Source of the DNA: Eledone cirrhosa
Taxonomy: Eukaryota
DNA: 64,000 nt
Assembly (NCBI GenBank): GCA_964016885.1
Contig: OZ024744.1
Coordinates: forward strand, 127,658,001-127,722,000
Direction of reading: 5' to 3'
Below the pieces are notes generated by a model. The model saw only the letters and a list, made by a program, of their open reading frames with translations, had not been told where the DNA came from and ran no database searches. The position numbers and the translations under genes are program-made. This document shows, one piece after another, positions 61,101 to 64,000 of this stretch; the stretch's first letter is position 1; each line of letters opens with the position of its first letter.

Positions 61101-64000
61101 TAAGCTGGGGGTAAGTTAAGTTGGGTGTAAGTTAAGTTGGGGTTAAGTTAAATTGGGGTTAAGTTAAGTTGGGGTTAAATTAAGTTGGGGTTAAGTTAAG
61201 TTGGGGTTATGTTAAGTTGGGGTTAAGTTAAGTTGCGGTTAAGTTAAGTTGGGGTTAAGTTAAGTTGGGGTTAAGTTAAGTTGGGGTTAAGTTAAGTTGG
61301 AGTTAAGTTAAGTTGGGGTTAACTTAAGTTGGAGTTAAGTTGGGGTTAAGTTAAGTTGGGGTTAAGTTAAGTTGGGGGTTAGTTAAGTTGGGGGCAAGTT
61401 AAGTTGGGGTTAATTTAAGTTGGGGTTAAGTTAAGTTGGGGTTATGTTAAGTGGGGGTTAAGTTAAGTTGGGGTTAAGTTAAGTTGGGGGTAAGTTAAGT
61501 TGGGGTTAAGTTAAGTTGGGGGTAAGTTAAGTTGGGGGTAAGTTAAGTTGAGGCTAAGTTAAAGTGGGGTTAAGTTAAGTTGGGGTTAAGTTAAGCTGGG
61601 GGTAAGTTAAGTTGGGTGTAAGTTAAGTTGGGGTTAAGTTAAGTTGGGGTTAATTTAAGTTGGGGTTAAATTAAGTTGGGGTTAAGTTAAGTTGGGGTTA
61701 TGTTAAGTTGGGGTTAAGTTAAGTTGGGGTTAAGTTAAGTTGGAGTTAAGTTAAGTTGGGGTTAAGCTAAGTTGGGGTTCAGTTAAGTTGGGGTTAAGTT
61801 AATTTGCGGTTAAGTTAAGTTGTGGGTAAGTTAAGTTGGGGTAAGTTAAGTTGGGGGTAAGTTAAGTTGGGGTTAAGTTAAGTTGGGGTTAAATTAAGTT
61901 GGGGTTAAGTTAAGTTGGGGTTAAGTTAAGTTGGGGTTAAGTTAAGTTGGGGGTAAGTTAAGTTGGGGCTAAGTTAAGTTGGGGTTAAGTTAAGTTGGGG
62001 TTAACTTAAGTTGGGGTTATGTTAAGTTGGGGCTAAGTTAAGTTGGGGCTAAGTTAAGTTGGGGCTGAGTTAAGTTGGGGTTAAGTTAAGTTCGGGTTGA
62101 GTTAAGTTGGGGGTAAGTTAAGTTGGGGCTAAGTTAAGTTGGGGCTAAGTCAAGTTGGGGTTAAGTTAAGTTGAGGTTAACTTAAGTTGGGGTTAAGTTA
62201 AGTTGGGGTTAAGTTAAGTTGGGGTTAAGGTAAGTTGGGGTTAAGTTAAGTTGGGGCTAAGTTAAGTTGGGGCTAAGTTAAGTTGGGGCTGAGTTAAGTT
62301 GGGGTTAAGTTGGGGTTGAGTTAAGTTGGGGTTAAGTTAAGTTGGGATTAAGTTAAGTTGGGGTTAAGTTAAGTTCGGGTTGAGTTAAGTTGGGGTTAAG
62401 TTAAGTTGGGGTTAAGTTAAGTTGGGGTTGAGTTAATTTGGGGTTAAGTTAAGTTGGGGTTAACTTAAGTTGGGGTTAAGTTAAGTTGGGGTTAAGTTAA
62501 GTTGGGGGTAAGTTAAATTGGGGGCAAGTTGAGTTGGGGTTAAGTTAAGTTGGGGTTAAGTTAAGGTGGGGGTAAGTTAAGTTGGGGGTAAGTTAAGTTG
62601 GGGTTAAGTTAAGTTGGGGTTAAGTTAAGTTGGGGCTAAGTTAAGTTGGGGCTAAGTTAAGTTGGGGCTGAGTTAAGTTGGGGTTAAGTTAAGTTGGGGT
62701 TGAGTTAAGTTGGGGTTAAGTTAAGTTGGGGTTAAGTTGGGGTTAAGTTAAGTTGGGGTTAAATTAAGTTGGGGGTTAGTTAAATTGGGGCAAGTTAAGT
62801 TGGGGTTATGTTAAGTTGGGGTTAAGTTAAGTTGGGGTTAAGTTAAGTTGGGGGTAAGTTAAGTTGGGGTTAAGTTAAGTTGGGGGTAAGTTAAGTTGAG
62901 GGTAAGTTAAGTTGGGGTTAAGTTAAGTTGGGGTTAAATTAAGTTGGGGGTAAGTTAAGTTGGGGGTAAGTTAAGTTGGGGTTAAGTTAAGTTGGGGTTA
63001 AATTAAGTTGAGGTTAAGTTAAGTTGCGGTTAAGTTAAGTTGGGGTTAAGTTAAGTTGGGGGTAAGATAAGTTGGGGCTAAGTTAAGTTGGGGCTAAGTC
63101 AAGTTGGGGTTAAGTCAAGTTGAGGTTAACTTAAGTTGGGGTTAAATTAAGTTGGGGGTAAGTTAAGTTGGGGGTAAGTTAAGTTGGGGTTAAGTTAAGT
63201 TGGGGTTAAATTAAGTTGAGGTTAAGTTAAGTTGGGGTTAAGTTAAATTGGGGTTAATTTAAGTTGGGGGTAAGATAAGTTGGGGCTAAGTTAAGTTGGG
63301 GCTAAGTCAAGTTGGGGTTAAGTCAAGTTGAGGTTAACTTAAGTTGGGGTTATGTTAAGTTGGGGTTAAGTTGGGGCTAAGTTAAGTTGGGGCTGAGTTA
63401 AGTTGGGGTTAAGTTAAGTTGGGGTTGAGTTAAGTTGGGGTTAAGTTAAGTTGGGATTAAGTTAAGTTGGGGTTAAGTTAAGTTCGGCTTGAGTTAAGTT
63501 GGGGTTAAGTTAAGTTGGGGTTGAGTTAATTTGGGGTTAAGTTAAGTTGGGGTTAACTTAAGTTGGGGTTAAGTTGGGGTTAAGTTAAGTTGGGGTTAAG
63601 TTAAGTTGGGGGTAGGTTGAGTTGGGGGCAAGTTAAGTTGGGGTTAAGTTAAGTTGGGGTTAAGTTAAGTTGGGTTTAAGTTAAGTTGGGGCTAAGTTAA
63701 GTTGGGGCTAAGTTAAGTTGGGGCTGAGTTAAGTTGGGGTTAAGTTAAGTTGGGGTTGAGTTAAGTTGGGGTTATGTTAAGTTAGGGTTGAGTTAAGTTG
63801 GGGTTGAGTTAAGTTGGGGTTGAGTTAAGTTGGGGTTAAGTTAAGTTGGCGTTAAGTTAAGTTGGGGTTAAGTTAAGTTGGGGTTAAGTTAATTTGCGGT
63901 TAAGTTAGGTTGTGGGTTAAGTTAAGTTGGGTTTAAGTTAAGTTGGGGGTAAGTTAAGTTGGGGTTAAGTTAATTTGCGGTTAAGTTAGGTTGTGGGTTA
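48812..64000 (+). repeat. Tandem higher-order unit of ~8.2-8.3 kb; copy 1 ~48812-57012, copy 2 ~57013 to beyond the window end
   Basis: atttggggct 48831/57032, gacg 49246/57447, aaatgggtct t at 50770/58971 and ttcggctt 51581/59782 (all +8201). gaggctaagttaaagt 53237/61550 (+8313). ttcggctt 55154/63483 (+8329). Confidence 0.92.

Larger units (their letters stand above)
1..64000 (+). repeat. Tandem satellite array of the 16-bp monomer GGGGTTAAGTTAAGTT (reverse complement AACTTAACTTAACCCC), about 4,000 copies, running off both window ends
   Basis: Every line is this monomer or a variant with a few substitutions or a short indel (11-, 15- and 17-bp forms). The G-rich strand is on + throughout. 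The consensus has 6 G, 6 T, 4 A and no C. Confidence 0.99.

Noticed and set aside
1-64000. Protein-coding ORFs or a repetitive protein
   Set aside because: Each monomer has two TAA on each strand, and the 16-bp period rotates the frame, so all six frames hit stops within about 48 bp.
1-64000. CRISPR array or other repeat-spacer system
   Set aside because: There are no unique spacers, leader or cas genes. Monomers are directly adjacent and differ only by point variants.
1-64000. Freshly telomerase-synthesised tract
   Set aside because: Rare variants are copied in order across multi-kb blocks, which indicates DNA-templated duplication rather than repeated copying of one RNA template.
1-64000. 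Pure sequencing noise or a synthetic low-complexity artefact
   Set aside because: Variants recur in ordered strings at consistent offsets, so they are not random errors. Copy-number misassembly of individual blocks cannot be excluded without reads.
1-64000. Variant order as a coded message or diversity-generating cassette system
   Set aside because: The pattern is adequately explained by nested duplication, slippage and conversion. No enzyme gene, target ORF or recombination site is present.

Overview
The whole 64 kb window is one uninterrupted, single-orientation satellite array. Its 16-bp consensus monomer is GGGGTTAAGTTAAGTT, which can be read as TTGGGG + TTAAG + TTAAG (about 4,000 copies). 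I found no genes, RNA genes, CRISPR spacers, transposon insertions or inversions, and TAA stops close all six frames within a few monomers. The information lies in rare variant monomers, which act as barcodes for nested duplications. These are a ~26.0 kb offset duplication (1-12.3 kb vs 25.95-38.3 kb), near-tandem units of ~8.2, ~6-7.5, ~4.87 and ~1.68 kb, and small duplications of 144-715 bp. Two variant subfamilies meet at ~43.5-45.5 kb, and an island of right-hand type sits at 12.3-13.9 kb. The monomer is G-strand biased and telomere-like, but the array looks recombination-maintained. Source organism and chromosomal location cannot be determined from the sequence. Offsets were counted by eye from marker variants, and block ends are approximate to a few monomers.
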